Shown in pieces: positions 22,411 to 24,000 of a stretch of DNA of 24,000 nt. This DNA comes from Hydrocarboniphaga effusa AP103 (GTDB lineage: Bacteria > Pseudomonadota > Gammaproteobacteria > Nevskiales > Nevskiaceae), in assembly GCF_000271305.1 (NCBI RefSeq), contig NZ_AKGD01000001.1:2090882-2114881 (forward strand), written 5' to 3'. The translations under genes and the position numbers were made by a program. Within the stretch, counting starts at the first letter, position 1, and each line of letters starts with the position of its first letter. The notes under the pieces are model-generated. The model made no database searches, was not told the origin of the DNA, and saw nothing but the letters and a program-made list of their open reading frames with translations.

Positions 22411-23535
22411 TTAGCCGGCAACCGCTTTGGCAGCGGCTTCGTTCTTGATTTCGCCCGCGTGCGTGAGGCAGCTCTTGGCGAGCACCTCGTCGTTCCAGTC
22501 GATGCTGATCGCCTTGTCCTTGAGGAACAGCTCGATCAGGTTGTACTGGTTCTTTGCGTACAGCTCCGATGCGTGCTCGCCGAGCATCGACGGCACGTTG
22601 AGCGGGCCGACGATCGTCGTCTGGCCGACCTGCACGGTTTCGCCCGGCACCGTGGCTTCGGTGTTGCCGCCGCCTTCGGACGCGAGGTCGATGATCACCG
22701 AGCCCGACTTCATGCCCTCGATCTGCGCCCTGGTGATGAGCTTGGGCGACGGACGGCCCGGAATGGAGGCCGTGGTGATGATGATGTCGGCCGATTGAAT
22801 ATGCTTGGTGACGACCGACGCGATCTTGTCCTTCTCTTCCTGTGTCAGCTCACGCGCATAACCGCCGGTGCCGCGTGCGTCGACGCCGGTGTCGATGAAC
22901 TTGGCGCCGAGCGATTCGACCTGCTCCTTCACTTCCGGACGCACGTCGTAGCCTTCGACCTTGGCGCCGATGCGGCGCGCGGTGGCGATGGCGGACAGGC
23001 CGGCCACGCCGGCGCCCATGACCAGGATCGTGCCCGGACGGATCGAGCCCGTCGCGAACGTGGTCATCGGCATCATGCGGGCGATGTTGATCGAACCCAG
23101 CAGCACGCCGTAGTAACCGGCCAGCGCGGCCTGCGAGGACAGCGCGTCCATCGACTGCGCACGCGTGATGCGCGGAACCAGTTCCATCGCGAAAGAAGTG
23201 ATCTTTTTGTCGCGCAGCGCCTTGGTGATCTCGACTTCCTTGTGCGCGTAGACGAAGGACAGCAGGATGCTGCCTTCCTTCATCGCGTTGACGACTTCGA
23301 GCGACGGCGGCTGCACCGACAGCACGATGTCGGCGTCGGAAACCAGACCCTGCGGGTTGGCGGCGAACGTCACGTTCTTGTAGGCAGCGTCCGCGAGCTT
23401 GACCGCGGTGCCCGCTCCCGACTGCATGTGCAGCTCCGCGCCCAGCTTCGCAAGCTTGTCCGCAACGACCGGCACCAGGGCCACGCGGCGCTCGTTCGGG
23501 CGGGTTTCCTTCAGCACGGCAATTTTGACCGGCAT
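22411..23535 (-). CDS. pntAA: NAD(P) transhydrogenase subunit α, part 1 (dI, NAD(H)-binding)
   Basis: MPVKIAVLKETRPNERRVALVP... followed by the Rossmann motif VMGAGVAGLSAIATARRIGA. 374 aa. AGGGGAG RBS upstream of ATG 23533-23535. Confidence 0.95.
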   Translation of the reverse strand: MPVKIAVLKETRPNERRVALVPVVADKLAKLGAELHMQSGAGTAVKLADAAYKNVTFAANPQGLVSDADIVLSVQPPSLEVVNAMKEGSILLSFVYAHKEVEITKALRDKKITSFAMELVPRITRAQSMDALSSQAALAGYYGVLLGSINIARMMPMTTFATGSIRPGTILVMGAGVAGLSAIATARRIGAKVEGYDVRPEVKEQVESLGAKFIDTGVDARGTGGYARELTQEEKDKIASVVTKHIQSADIIITTASIPGRPSPKLITRAQIEGMKSGSVIIDLASEGGGNTEATVPGETVQVGQTTIVGPLNVPSMLGEHASELYAKNQYNLIELFLKDKAISIDWNDEVLAKSCLTHAGEIKNEAAAKAVAG

Positions 23536-23713
23536 TTGAGACGCTCCCCTTCGACCAATTTTGAAATAGTGGTTTTGCGCTGCAGCAGTCGCTTAGGCAA
23601 TGAGCGTTCTGCAGGCAAACGGGGCGAAGTCTAGCCCAAGCTCGCGCTAGGGGAAATTACCTATTCCGCCAGCGCGCCGGGTCGTTGATATCAGTCGTCG
23701 ATACCGATGGCGC

Positions 23714-24000
23714 TCAACGCGGGCTGTCGAGCAGCAGATAAATCGCCAGCCCCACGCCCAAACAGCCGATCACCAGTGCCAGCAGCGAAGCGATCGAGCG
23801 CTGGTACCGATCCGGCAGGTCATGCGGCGGCAGCGTGGACGTGAACAGCCGGTGCTGCAGCAGCGCCGCGAACATCGCCAGCGCGCCGGCCAGGGTCAGT
23901 GCGATGCCGAGCAGCGACGAAACCCAGTGGGACGGCTGCGCCTGCGCGGATGGGCCGCCGACCAGACGCAGGAACAAGCCGAAGCGGGCGACGACGAAGC
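23714..24000 (-). CDS. DUF202/YidH-like small membrane protein, partial (5' end outside the window)
   Basis: The frame stays open to the window edge (...FVVARFGLFLRLVGG...). Two further TM helices (LLGIALTLAGALAMFAALL and IASLLALVIGCLGVGLAIYLLL) in a YidH-like layout. The 'M' in the track is a TTG, probably not the true start. Confidence 0.5.
   Translation of the reverse strand, partial: FVVARFGLFLRLVGGPSAQAQPSHWVSSLLGIALTLAGALAMFAALLQHRLFTSTLPPHDLPDRYQRSIASLLALVIGCLGVGLAIYLLLDSPR

Noticed and set aside
20636-23634. 509-aa and 518-aa plus-strand ORFs antisense to pntB and pntAA
   Set aside because: Shadow ORFs opposite highly conserved pnt genes. The translations are His/Arg/Asp/Gly-rich nonsense.
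1-24000. Search by eye for tRNA, rRNA, CRISPR arrays, IS elements and REP-type repeat families
   Set aside because: The intergenic spacers are short, at most about 260 nt. I saw none with cloverleaf-compatible structure, regularly spaced repeats or transposase fragments. tRNAscan-SE, Infernal and CRISPRCasFinder would be the formal check.

Overview
High-GC (about 70%) proteobacterial chromosome segment; gene content suggests a Xanthomonadales-like gammaproteobacterium, which is inference only. I support 24 CDS. There are no rRNA, tRNA, CRISPR or transposase/integrase genes that I can see.

From left to right on the map:
- pyrF 3' end and a stand-alone HD-GYP phosphodiesterase.
- A minus-strand block: glucose-dehydrogenase-like SDR, membrane-anchored ATP-grasp ligase, DinB-like protein, 4-TM protein, and an OlsF-like bifunctional acyltransferase (aminolipid synthase).
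- An NRDE-family protein.
- An islet of about 0.9 kb at 50-57% GC carrying one SRA-HNH (type IV, modified-DNA-dependent) nuclease.
- A VOC protein translationally coupled to yhhQ.
- The most unusual part, a six-gene minus-strand operon (15784->9051). All six products have Sec or lipoprotein signal peptides: a 6-Cys protein, two paralogous 12-Cys proteins, a 958-aa Big_2/cadherin-like lipoprotein with a large unrecognisable core, and a small lipocalin-like protein. It ends in a TPR-lipoprotein::secretin fusion with no T2SS, T4P, Tad or T3SS partner genes nearby.
- A divergently transcribed, membrane-tethered wHTH / Ser-Thr kinase / TPR regulator, across a repeat-rich intergenic region.
- A DUF2799 lipoprotein, cspA, a CsbD-like protein, a bidirectional terminator, pntB-pntAB-pntAA, and a partial DUF202 protein.

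Many long antisense 'shadow' ORFs in the track are GC artefacts.
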